A DNA stretch of 64,000 nt from Ruditapes philippinarum. Its lineage: Eukaryota. Below, piece by piece: positions 37,369-49,100 of the stretch. Where the stretch lies: assembly GCF_026571515.1 (NCBI RefSeq), contig NW_026855145.1:1-64000 (forward strand), written 5' to 3'. Numbering within the stretch: position 1 is the first letter of the stretch; the number at the start of each line of letters is the position of its first letter. The notes below the pieces were generated by a model. That model saw only the letters and a list, made by a program, of their open reading frames with translations, was not told where the DNA came from and ran no database searches. The translations under genes and the position numbers were made by a program.

Positions 37369-37731
37369 TAGATAAAATACAGAATCCCTAAAGAAAGCCC
37401 AACACGGCAAAATTGAAAATGTTGCAGGCTCGGTTTGATTGAGCCTGTTCATGGACGGTAATGGAAATTGCAAGTTACCGTCCACGCCCCCTAGCACCGG
37501 CTTAAGCAGAATTCAACATTTAAACACTATAATGGTGAAATTTGAATTTAGAAACATCCGCAGATGTGTTCATACGGCGGTTATCATGGAACCTTCAATG
37601 TGACACAGTAGTGTCATTCCATGAAAAGCGGCGTATGGTCCCCAAGTAAAAGAATGCGTGTGCCCTAAACGAGAAAACAATGGGCGGAACTAAATAAAAT
37701 GGAATTTTGAAAGGGGATCTGAGGTTATGAA
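37369..37731 (-). repeat. Fixed-end insert, family 1 (longest copy), inside the YR gene
   Basis: Interrupts KPY|KFVVS; matches 38081-38207 and the inverted copy 39009-39230. Confidence 0.9.
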
Positions 37732-38080
37732 GTTTGTTGTCTCGACAACTATCAGTAGGTGGATAAAATGTGTAATGAGAGATGCAGGTATTGACGTTGA
37801 TAAATATAAAACACATAGTGCCAGGGGAGCAGTAACCTCCAAGGCAAAGCAGAGTGGAGTTCCGCTGAATGAGATCATGAAAGTTGCTGGATGGGCAACA
37901 GAGAGGACATTTGCTCAGTTTTATGAGAAGCCACTGGAAACAGAGGTATCCTTCCAGTCCGCAGTATTACAGTAACATGTCAGATACAGGTAAAAAATAT
38001 ACATACATTACTGTTGAAATATTTACATGTGTTATAGTAAGTGACTCGTAGCCCATAAAAGTTATGTCCTCTTGTGTTGA

Positions 38081-38207
38081 ATAAAATAGATAAATACAGA
38101 ATCCCTAAAGAAAGCCCAACAAGGCAAAATTGAAAATGTTGCAGGCTCGGTTTGATTGAGCCTGTTCATGGACGGTACTGGAAAGTGCAAGTTACCGTCC
38201 ACGCCCC
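38081..38207 (-). repeat. Fixed-end insert, family 1, abutting the DIRS ICR
   Basis: Near-identical to 37371-37490. Confidence 0.9.
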
Positions 38208-38325
38208 ATTTGAGCACGGAAGTTGTATGACGTAATAGAATTCCCCCAAACAAACTAGACTTACCTGTAAGTTGACGTTGGGTTGGAATTCTATGTAGTC
38301 ATATAACAACTGGAGGGATCAAATG
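38207..38325. repeat. DIRS internal complementary repeat
   Basis: First part is the reverse complement of 31601-31636, second part of 38496-38562 with a further match into the right ITR; halves join at gaatt. Confidence 0.95.
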
Positions 38326-38675
38326 CCCTCCCACTCCACCCAGAAAACCATTTAATGTTACAGTTAAAAATATTAATACCTAAGGAAAGTAATATTTTTT
38401 GATCCCGTTCTGGGACATAACTTTTCTGTTATCGCTTTGAAGACTGAGGAATATCGATACGGTCTATGCACATCTCATTTGATCCCTCCAGTTGTTATAT
38501 GACTACATAGAATTCCAACCCAACGTCAACTTACAGGTAAGTCTAGTTTGTTTGGGGGAATTATATGACGTTAGTTATAAAACACTTTTATAGATAAAAC
38601 GTTGAATGTACACAGAAGACAAACTCTGGACCATTCTCGAACTTTTGCATTGTGATAAAAAATTCTAGTTAAAAG

Positions 38676-39862
38676 TTTTGTTTGTTTAGATTTTTACGGC
38701 ACGTCAACAGATAACTAGCCATATCGTGCCGATTGCTATAATAGGCTTAAAATATTATGTAAAACTTTGTAAATAACAATAGAAATGAGCCAATTTGATC
38801 CTTGAATACAAGTTTATCTCTTTCATATAATCAATTATGTTTTTGATGGAATTGTATTAAAGAGTTCTTTGAGTGAAAGGGGCATTGTCATTTGTAAGGA
38901 GATAAGAATGTGTAATTTTAGTGTGTCCAATTCGGCATCGAAGAAGAACTGTTTGATCACGGCGGTTTGACAGACATAGAGACGGTGACACATCAAGAGA
39001 TGGGTTTATGATAACCGCCGTATGAACACATCTGCGGATGTTTCTAAATTCAAAATTTTACTATTTCATGTTTAAATGTTGAATTCTGCTTATGCCGGTG
39101 CTAGGGGGCGTGGATTGTACCTTGCACGTTCCAGTACCGTCCATGAACAAGCTCAATCAAACCGAGCCTGCAATATTTTCAATTTTGCCGTGTTGGGCTT
39201 TCTTTAGGGATTCTGTATTTATCTATATTATATCGTAAAGTTTATTAAAAACGGCATTGTCCCAATTTGCTTTCCATTCAGATGATACGAGTTTATTTAT
39301 AGCCGGTCTAAAACCACAAGCAGGTAACAAAAAGTCAGTTTTTTGAAAAACAGAAAGCGAGTCAGAAAATATCACAAATGTATCGTGGGGTATGCTGTGC
39401 TATGTATGACAATGCTAAATCGATAGCTTTTGTTTCAGCAGAAAAAAATTGATGCATTATCTGGTAACCTCATACTAGATGTACACAGTCGCACCTACTT
39501 TGCAACCTTCTTTTGAACCGTCCGTATAAATATGTATAAAATCTTCATGTTCTTCCTTAATTGCTAGAAACTTCTCTTTGAAATATTCAGGTGAATTTGA
39601 TGACTTTTTTATATTTGAAAGGTTTATATTTATTTTCGGGGAACTATAAGTCCAAGGTGGAACATCCTCATTGTCATTTTGAAGGATACTGTCTGGATTA
39701 ATTTTAAGTTTATCTAAATCATCTTTTAAACGAAGGCCTAACGGTTTAATTTCCTTTGGTTTGTTAACAAATTTTTCAGTATAACTTGGCTTGAAAATAA
39801 TATTTTTAGCTGGATTTTTGCTATTAGATGAAATTCTAGTTGCATATTGAAGTGATAGCTTT
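38676..39862 (-). mobile_element. I/Nimb-clade LINE 3' fragment with RNase H and internal deletions
   Basis: IHIYTDGSK, FSAETKAIDLAL, IFSDS; same 3' end as 30835-31310; interrupts an old paralogue of ~14290. Confidence 0.9.
39009..39230 (+). repeat. Fixed-end insert, family 1, inside the LINE
   Basis: Inverted copy of 37371-37588; uninterrupted site gggtttatatcg at ~31258. Confidence 0.9.
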
Positions 39863-39889
39863 TAAGAACAACACGTATTGTTCAAGGTA

Positions 39890-42150
39890 TAGTTTTTATA
39901 TTATCCAGATTAACAATAATGTGTGTCCCATTTTTTGTGTGAAGACTTATACCGCCCCGGGCTCATCATTATTAAACGATTTGGCAATGTCAGTAGTGAT
40001 AATGTAACTTTGTTTGCTCTTACAATTGTAATCCGAACATTTCTTAAGTCTAATAATTGATTGTCTGGTGAGTTTGTGTTCAACGGATATATTTTACCGT
40101 TGATTTTTTTATGAAAAATGAGTTAAACGTACAAGCATGTTTACTTTGTATGAGCAAACTTAAGATATATCTAGCTAAAAACATTTTAAAGTATTTTGCA
40201 TATGGTCATGTAACAGAAGGCACAGAATGGTTTCTTTAAAACAGCATAATTTTATATAAAATATTAAGGTAATATATCCTAAGAACAGTATAATATACAC
40301 GGATAACGTATATAAATGTTTGGGATGTGGTCAGCAGTAAAAATATTATAATGAAAAATATGGACGCGAACAACACTTAAATATTGAAAAAGTACTTTTA
40401 GTCACTCTGTTGTAAATAGTACGTTGTTATTTCCAAATGTTAGAGGGCTAAATTTAGAACATGATTGGTGGCTTTTTGTATTTTAGGAACATGTACCACG
40501 ACACAAAATTATTTACTTTTAAAAAGTACGGTTTTCTTCTTGAATGTCATGATTTTTCACAGGCCCGTAATAGATTTTATTCTGTAAATTCACTCAAAGA
40601 ACTTTTTAATACAATTCCATCAAAAAACATAATTGATTATTTGAAAGAGATAAACCTGTATTCAAGGATCTAATTGGTTCATTTCTATTGTCATTTACAA
40701 AGTTTTACATAACATTTTAAGCCTATTATAGCATTCGGCACGATATGGCCAGTGATGTGTTGACGTGCCGTAAAAATCCAAACAAACAAACTATTTAACA
40801 ATATCCCACACTATTGAGAAAACGTAAAAAAATGAAACAAAAACATTTGCATGGGATGTCTTCTAACGTGTAACACAAAGAGAATTGTTACAAGTGATTT
40901 AAGAATAAATATTAATGTGTACTGTAATGAGCTGTATATCATATAAATAAATCGTAAACAGAACGTAAACCCAAATGCCCTATAAAATCATCTATACTGG
41001 CAAAGCAATATGATAAACAAAATAAAGCAATTAGAACGAGAGCTTAGTTTATGCTTCTTGATTGTCTCATAGCTACTTCAAATTGATTATACGCAATTAC
41101 ATGGTTGACACGACGATGACCTTATATGACTGGCAATTCATCTCTTCATTAGAAATATTACGTATCAGTTCGTTAGTAGCTCACCTTCCCGAATAATTGT
41201 TTTACATATTAACCTTATACGATGATCATATTAATATAAGAAATTATAAATACAGCCACAATTAGCTGTCTCAGCCAAACTATAAATCTAAAATAGATCC
41301 ATGTGCGTATTTTTCATGATTTACGAAAGAGCAAAATCAATAATATCAATATTCTAAACGTGCGTTCAAAAACCTTCAGTTCTGTATCTTTCAATTATTT
41401 TTCTCGGAGTTTGTTGTGAAAAGTCCTGCTTAGACCATGTTTATATCTTTGCCATTTATTTGTTATTCCCGATTTAGAAATAAAGTCATTAATTTTAACT
41501 CTTTAAAAAATTCAATGCTGTGCCATTTAACTGCCATTAATCTTGTAAACATACAATGTTCAACAGATATGAAACCGATGATGGCATACTGGTATATGGG
41601 TCAACTTTTCGGAGAAAATGTGGAGCTATTGTCTTGACTAATTCATAGACCGCCGCTTTGGTTATTGATTTTGTTGAAGTTTTGTTTACGTCTATCCACT
41701 GAAATACTAAAAACACTTTCAGATTGAAACTTAATATGTGGATGCACCCTAGTATGTTCATCAAGGAAGGGCAGCATTCAATGAAGCAATCAGAATTCAT
41801 TGAAGTTTGTAAGAATAAAAGTTGATTAAAATTTCAAAGAAAAATATCAAACACGATTAGTTGTCTCACTTATAATCAACAACTAATAATTAGGAACAAG
41901 CAATTTACGTTCCCTTTTTCTGGTAAGTAGACATACATGTAAAAACATTATATATGGTAAAGTCAAATCAATGGTATCTAGATATCCTTCGTTTCATGTT
42001 CTGTGATAAAAGTTAAATACCTCTGATTTAATATACATTACCGAACGCGCAGGAATGGAATTCTCATTGAAACAAATTAGAAAGATCTTTAATCAGATTA
42101 CTTCAGCAAAGTAGACCATTATAAATGACCTGTGATTTATTAATTACATT
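39890..42150. repeat. Old paralogue of blocks 14325-15650, 12770-13045/16375-16560 and 13530-13720
   Basis: Shared anchors ataccgccccggg, gagcaaacttaagatatatctag, gccacaattagctgtctcag, ataaatgacctgtgatt. Confidence 0.8.
40533..40790 (+). mobile_element. 5'-truncated I/Nimb LINE 3' end
   Basis: FLLECHDF...KEINLYSRI* plus the same 3' UTR and (aaac)n tail; absent from the paralogue at ~15165. Confidence 0.9.
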
Positions 42151-42265
42151 TTAAGATAGTTCAAAAGGTATTGTTAAGAAACAATAAATACATATATTGC
42201 AGTAATTGACACGGCACAATTAATAACGTGCTTTGAGGCAGTTGTAACAGGTTACCTTATACGTG

Positions 42266-43502
42266 TTATTATGTCTCCCCCACCTCGGGGGGAGACATAT
42301 TGTTTTTGCCCTGTCCGTCCGTCAGTCCGTCCGTCCGTCAGTCCGTCCGTCCATTCTTCGTTTCCGGACGATAACTAGAGTTCCTTTTGACCTACAGCTC
42401 TCAAACTTCATAGGATGAATGGTCTTATTGAGCAGATGATCCCTATTGTTTTTGGGGTCAGTAGTTCAAAGGTCAAGGTCACAGTGACCGTTGGTCAATT
42501 TCTCGTTTCCGGATGATAACTAGAGTTCCTTTTGACCTACAGCCCTCAAACTTCATAGGATGATTGGTCTTATAGAGCTGATGATCCCTATTGTTTTTTG
42601 GGGTCAGTAGGTCAAAGGTCAAGGTCACACTGACCGTTGGTCAATTTCTCGTTTCCGGATGATAACTAGAGTTCCTTTAGACCTACAGACCTCAAACTTC
42701 ATAGGATGATTGGTCTTATTGAGCAGATGATCCCTATTGTTTTTGGGGTCAGTAGTTCAAAGGTCAAGGTCACAGTGACCGTTGGTCAATTTCTTGTTTC
42801 CGGATGATAACTAGAGTTCCTTTTGACCTACAGCCCTCAAACTTCATAGGATGATTGGTCTTATAGAGCAGATGATCCCTATTGTTTTTGGGGTCAGTAG
42901 GTCAAAGGTCAAGGTCACAGTGACCGTTGGTCAATTTCTCATTTCCGGATGATAACTAGAGTTCCTTTTGACCTACAACCCTCAAACTGGGGGGAGACAT
43001 ATTGTTTTTGCCCTGTCCGTCCGTCAGTCCGTCCGTCAGTCCGTCCGTCCATTCTTCGTTTCCGGACGATAACTAGAGTTCCTTTTGACCTACAGCTCTC
43101 AAACTTCATAGGATGAATGGTCTTATTGAGCAGATGATCCCTATTGTTTTTGGGGTCAGTAGTTCAAAGGTCAAGGTCACAGTGACCGTTGGTCAATTTC
43201 TCGTTTCATTTGTGAAACTATATATGATATGACCATCAAGTGCAATTTCGTTTGACGCCCGCCTGCCATACGCTGATTGAATAACCAGGATTTTCAAAAT
43301 TGAATACCTGGTTAAAAACAAACAGTTTAGGAAGCATCTTCTCATACAACCTTAACAATAGAAACCATCCATAGACAGCCTTCATTGAAGTGACTACCGG
43401 GTATTTACATTATCTTATCTCCATTTCCATTCCTGTTTCCATTCACAGTTATTCTCAGCAGTGGGGGAGACATGCGCTTTTTTACAAAAGCATCCTCTAG
43501 TT
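42266..43502 (+). mobile_element. Helentron-associated MITE with 146-bp tandem repeats
   Basis: atgtctccccca / tgggggagacat IR, (gtcc)n, units with ggtcaaggtcac, 3' hairpin gctttt..aaaagc then ctagtt. Confidence 0.9.
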
Positions 43503-45859
43503 TTAGTTATTTCTTTGGGATCCTTGTTTCAAATGCCTTCAGTGTTGGAGATAAAAATATTGCCTCAGCCGATCAAGAAAAGGAGAAAAACATGCTTTGT
43601 TTTTGGCACTTTATAAAATTACAAAATTAATAATCCAAAAACATTACAATTTCATTTACGAGTATAACACATATTTTTACAACTATTTATGTCGTAAGTA
43701 TTGCAGATATTTTGCAATTTAATCCAGTTTCAAGGTAGTGAAGTAATTAACTATTGGAGGTAAAGGTTAGTTTTCTCTATTATTTTAAAATTGTCCTTTA
43801 GTTTCGACAATGATTGTTTATACAAAAACAATCTAACACAAGGAATATAAATCCTTTCTTCCATTGAGGCTAATTTTGACGACATCAAATCCTCTATTCT
43901 ATCCATTAATTGACTGGTCGTCTGTAGCCATTATCGATCTTGGAAATTTTTAAAGCACGTGTTTATTAGCCGTGGTGCACGCTAGAAACTGATACCTGTA
44001 ACTCTACCTATCTCTACTATGATATATGAATTATTTAAAATGTTACATATATATTTACCTTCATTGTATGGAAAAATAGTACTTGAAAAAAAAAACAATG
44101 TAAAGAAAAGTTTTTAAAGAAAACATGATTAATGTTGTATTGTATTGTTTTGTAATTTGCAGGTCTTATTACATTTTCACAAAGAATGAACATACATATT
44201 TAAAAAAAATAATATTACCGATGATGTTCGGCCATTTATATTATGACAAGATATCGGATAGATCTATCAGAAATAAATTCACCTTTAATTGAAGAATTTT
44301 TTTTAGCCAATGGAAATTCTGTACATGCTATTTACAAGTTTGAATTATTAAAAATATTTTGTCATGATCTAAGTACCGCTGGATATTGACCCATAGACTT
44401 TAATGTCAATTATACAGTCGCGTTATTGTGCAGTCGCGAAAAACAGGTGCGTTTCATCTTGTGATGGTGAGCAAACAACCAGCTTGTCATTTTCAATGCC
44501 CGCTAACAGTGTTCGAGATAAAACTTTATTACATATGTATTACAAGAAAAGCATTGATGCAAAGCATCAAAGGGCGTCCAAACAGCAGGTGCAGATGAAC
44601 TAGTAGATATATGATGACAAGATATTCTTATAAACTTTTCAATGGTTCATTGGGTTTTACCAGAATTGTATATCACTTTTGAATGAACGGACGAAAGACA
44701 TTGTTCATTATTTATAACTTTGATCGGCATGCTAGAAATTAGAATATTACTTGTTATTTCTTTATGATCGCGGTTATTAATAGCAACGGATATACATGTA
44801 TACAATCATTTATAATCCATATGTGTAACGCATGATCAACACCATACTTGTGTAATTGTCCCTTATTATGTTATTGCTATTAACGAGGACCCCCTCTTAC
44901 GGTATCTGTTCACACTAAGTAACAATATGACACTTGTTATATTACCATGTTGATCATGTTGAGCATAATTGTTTATTATACAATAAATGTAATTTCTATT
45001 TTAATAAAAAATACAGATTTTATGAATATTGTTTTCTTTTCTTTTTTTGTGTGTGTTTTATGCGCTATTTTAATACTGAGTTTTTACGTTTACTACTATT
45101 TTAAGAATTCAATTGTCATAATGATCGACGATTATAAGTCAAAACTTAACTGGAAAAAGTCAGTAAATCATGGTTAATCTTTCAATTTATAATATTGTTT
45201 ATTCTTAAACCATATACATGTACATTTGTATTTTTCTTAATCATTTTTTAAATTATCAATCAATTGAATAATTCATAAAATCTGATTTGTAACTTTGAAT
45301 AATTCCTCGGAATCTTTACTAAACACGAATAACAAATTATATAAAATGTTTTAAAGTTGATAGTGTCATATTAATGCCATAAAAATGTACATTTTTTCTC
45401 AATTATTGTACATATTTATTGTTTTTATCTCATATAGATAAAATAAAACATGCGATTTGTGTTGTTGGTTTTTTTTTTTCGAATTGTATGTTTATGTATA
45501 ATAATAATCAATCAATTCGAGAGTTGATCTGTGTTTATTAATTATTGTAACCAAACTAAGTGACAAACATTCATTTTGAAAAAAAGCTTATTTATCTGTA
45601 AAATATTTGTTCTGTTCTGTAACGATATCTACTCCAAAACCGGGAGAGACCGGACAGTAAACGTGTGGTACTATTCGCCGGTCATTAGTAAATCCCGGGA
45701 GAGACCGGGAATTACCTAGGAGTACATCCCTCTATAAATAGATTTTCGGTATATTAAGGTCATCAACTCATCATTCTATTAACAGCTTTCGGAATAACAT
45801 ACCATAATAACCCACTGTGTACTACAAAATGATGAGCAAAAATACCCCGAAGAGCGCGA

Positions 45860-46115
45860 TTTATTGACGGAAAAGGTTATTTCATTTGAAAATGTTTGCA
45901 TTGCGAAATTCTCCAGTTCGCCATTCATTGTACATATCGCGACTAATTAACAATCAAGCACCCTCATACCGATCGGAATGATCGGCTTTTATTATTGGCA
46001 ACTATAAAAGGCTCGAGAAGTTGCTGTCGCCCTTTCACAAAATCTCATTTCATTCCAATAGGCGCCGCGCTTCGGCGCGGACGCCAATAAATATGTTCCA
46101 TACAAATGATATAAT
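45860..46115 (-). mobile_element. Probable Crypton-type non-autonomous element end
   Basis: GC hairpin ccgcgcttcggcgcgg (46065-46080); ttatttcatttg (~45878) inverted with caaatgatataa (~46103). Confidence 0.4.
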
Positions 46116-49100
46116 ATTGTTTCAGTTTATTTCTCTTAATTTTTTCACTCAGATTTTAGTTATAAAAGTCCTTGATTTTCAGAAGAAAAAAACGTCCCTT
46201 CATCAAGGCTAAAAATGAATATTACCCTCAGTAATTGATAAAACTTTCACGATATTCAATAAAATCTTTTAGAAACACAAAATTGCATATTCATTATTGT
46301 TTTACTTTCAGGTTATTTATTTTAATACATGTCATACGGCTAGCCTCAGCAGTGCATAAAGGCTGGTCGTACGTGACTCACATACGGCAAGAACTTTTGG
46401 CTAGCGGTACGGGTCCATACGTCTTATCTATTTAACTCTATGAACAGAAATTGATCATTTTGATTGTTAGGTTATCAAAATTAAAATTGATATTATTTGC
46501 ATTTGCTGAAAAAGATCAGTTTTTCCAGTTGGTGGTATGTAAATGTATCTTAATACTGCATCTTTTTAGTTTTAGGCCTTCAATTACTTAATACGTGAAA
46601 CTATAAAATTTTAGTCTAAGAAAACACCAATATATTTATGTTAGCTTAAAATGACTAGAAAATTTTCAACCAAGTATAACAATATGCTTTAAGTTACAAA
46701 TAATTATGTGTAAATTAAACAATTATTACTTATGAAATCAAAACAATGCATAGGAATGGTTTATTTTTTCAACCCATCTTTTACTACAAGGTTCTTGTTG
46801 CTTAAATACATATAGTCAGCAGGTTGACAATCATAAAACAAAAAAATCAAAACAAAGGCGGCCCAATCTAATACAAGGAATTCAAAGAAAAGTAGATTTT
46901 TGATGGAATGAAAAAGCTCAATGAGTACTTCTATGTTGGTCAAATCTCAATAGTATATTTAAGAAAGGTTTAAAAAAATGCAGACATTGTAATCTTACTG
47001 ACACTGGGGTATCAGCCTAACAGTTTGGTAAAAGTTTTTCATGCAGATACAGCTTATATATTTATCATGAAACATCTACTAATGGATGTTTACCAATATT
47101 GTTTAAATAAAAGCCCTAGGGTTAAAATTTATCCCGCCCCGAGGGCCTATATACAGGTGAGCGATTTCTGGGCCATCATGGCCCTTTTGTTCTTATTATA
47201 GCGTATGAACTTATTCCTTCAATCATAACGGTAAAATGATGTCATCTTAATAACGCAATTCATTCATAAAAGGCGCGCGGCAATGACGTCATTTAAAGCA
47301 CGCGACTTATCTTACATGTAGGGTATAAGTCATGTTTTTCTAGCACGGGGGAAACGGTAGATAATCTTGTCTGATAGCCAAGAAATAAACTTCCAATACT
47401 TACAAATCTATTTCATCGAAACTTTATATGTGGATGAATATTGATGAATTCAACCTGCACCCCTCATTTTCAGGTCAAAAGGGCAAAGTCACTGGGACTT
47501 GCGGTTGCGTTCATTGAACGCCGTCTTTCCTTGTTGATCTTGTTTATCATATTTTGTGATAACCAAACATAAAACTAGCCATTAAATCAGCATTTACTGA
47601 GGATTATAAGATTTTTAAGGTTAAGAACGCAGTTAGAAATGTGGGCAGAGCCTGTTGAGTGAAATGTCAAGGTCGATGTGACTTTTATTCAAATGATCTA
47701 TTTTTGTAGAAAATATGTAGTTTACTATCCAGATATGCACTGAGAAAACTGGAGTGCACTGCTTCTCTGACAGCTCGATCTTACTTGTCTGGTTGCCATC
47801 CTTTAACCATTCATAAAATTGCTTAGAATATGTGAGCATTTGAATGAAATTTTCTGTTAGAATAGAGTCAAAACTGCAGGACTGGAGATATAAGCTTGCA
47901 TATCTCTTAATCTTCTAAACTACTACGTCGGCAGCTTTCAGTATGCACAAAAGCTGAAAAGCATGAAATGTTATTAAATTGCCTTCTTTTTGTATTATTT
48001 TAAAAGAAATGTTATTGCAACATTTCAATGAAAAATAATGAAATCTTAGCCAACTGTCTGTACTTGGTTAAACTTTCCATGCATTAATAAGTTCTACCTT
48101 TACCATGGGCTTCATACACTTCTTTGTACAAATTTAAGTCCATGATCTTTGCAAGTCACTTCACTGAGGCCTCTTCTGCAATCCCCGGTCCATTATTTAA
48201 TTTTTTATCCTTTAAGATTCAAATGATGTAATGGCTAGCCTATCCCCTCAAGTTCAATCAACTTACATGTGCTATTGGTTTTTGCCAATACATAGACCAT
48301 GACCTTAACAAGTGACATAAATGGAGTATCAATTTACCCCAAGTTGTTTCCCTTTTTAGGTTATAAAACTTAATATAGGTTTCTTAGATATAGATTTTCA
48401 TTTTATAATTCATGTTGCCATCCCTTCCACATAATCTACATCTTTTAGTTTTATATGGTACTTTGACATGTTTTCAGCTGGATTTGACAGTTCTAATTTT
48501 AGACATGGAAGAGCAACCGACTTGAGATTTTTTTAAGTGAAATATTTACTGCTTAAGATATTTCTGAAACTTAAGAAAAATCTTGGCTAAGTTTTATTGA
48601 ACGCCGCATTTCCTTGTTGATCTTGTTTATCATATTTTTACTTAAGGCAGTTTCTGAATATGACTTAAGCTTAGATTTTTTAGCTAAGATTTTTTTTTCA
48701 ACTTATGGTTTTACTGAAGAAATAACTAAAGACCAGTTGTGAATACGGCCCCAGAGTATTAGTTACCATAAAGGTGACAAAAATGTATCTAATTAGACCG
48801 TTACTGAATAGGCAATCATTCTGTACAATAGAGTGTAACAGCCCGTGGTCATACAATGATTAACTGAAAATATACTTGCTCGTTATATGATAAAAGAGTC
48901 AATAAGTCACTTATGTATTTATATGTATTTGTTCATTAAGGAAATAAAAGGTCTATATAACATTGTAATTTTTTGCAAGCTCATTTAAGACTGGCATTGT
49001 TATTAACGGTGTTAACCCCCATGTACGCTAGCACCGGGTTAAACTGTTCCCTAACATCTAGTGACACACTTCCCTGACTGGCCCAAGAGGAATTTATCAA

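Larger units (their letters stand above)
36517..37975 (+). pseudogene. DIRS tyrosine recombinase, interrupted by two inserts
   Basis: SYETLNSARSALS, HPLVVRYMTG, TWDV, QASR, LFISYIKPY|VVSTTISRW, HSARGA, AGW...FAQFY. Confidence 0.9.
31601..38562 (+). mobile_element. DIRS1-type tyrosine-recombinase retrotransposon, full length
   Basis: Left ITR 31601-31669, ICR 38207-38325, right ITR 38443-38562; gag-RT-RNaseH-MT-YR order. Confidence 0.95.

Noticed and set aside
37019-37375. 118-aa ORF as an independent gene
   Set aside because: It is a chance fusion of a family-2 insert with the YR frame.
37451-37693. Short ORF MDGNGNCK... with two in-frame TGA codons (selenoprotein?)
   Set aside because: Only one copy spans it, no SECIS is seen, and it is not conserved in diverged copies.
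37369-37731. Hammerhead ribozyme or snRNA pseudogene
   Set aside because: No CTGANGA/GAAA core with suitable stems, and no match to U snRNAs that I recognise.
39140-39215. SECIS element in family 1 (ATGA...AA)
   Set aside because: The helix is too short and there is no GA on the 3' arm to form the quartet.
41555-41637. Penelope RT-like motif MKPMMAYWYMG
   Set aside because: No downstream YxDD, and the frame is not maintained across paralogues.
42357-42987. CRISPR-like array
   Set aside because: Contiguous tandem units with no unique spacers, in a eukaryotic MITE.
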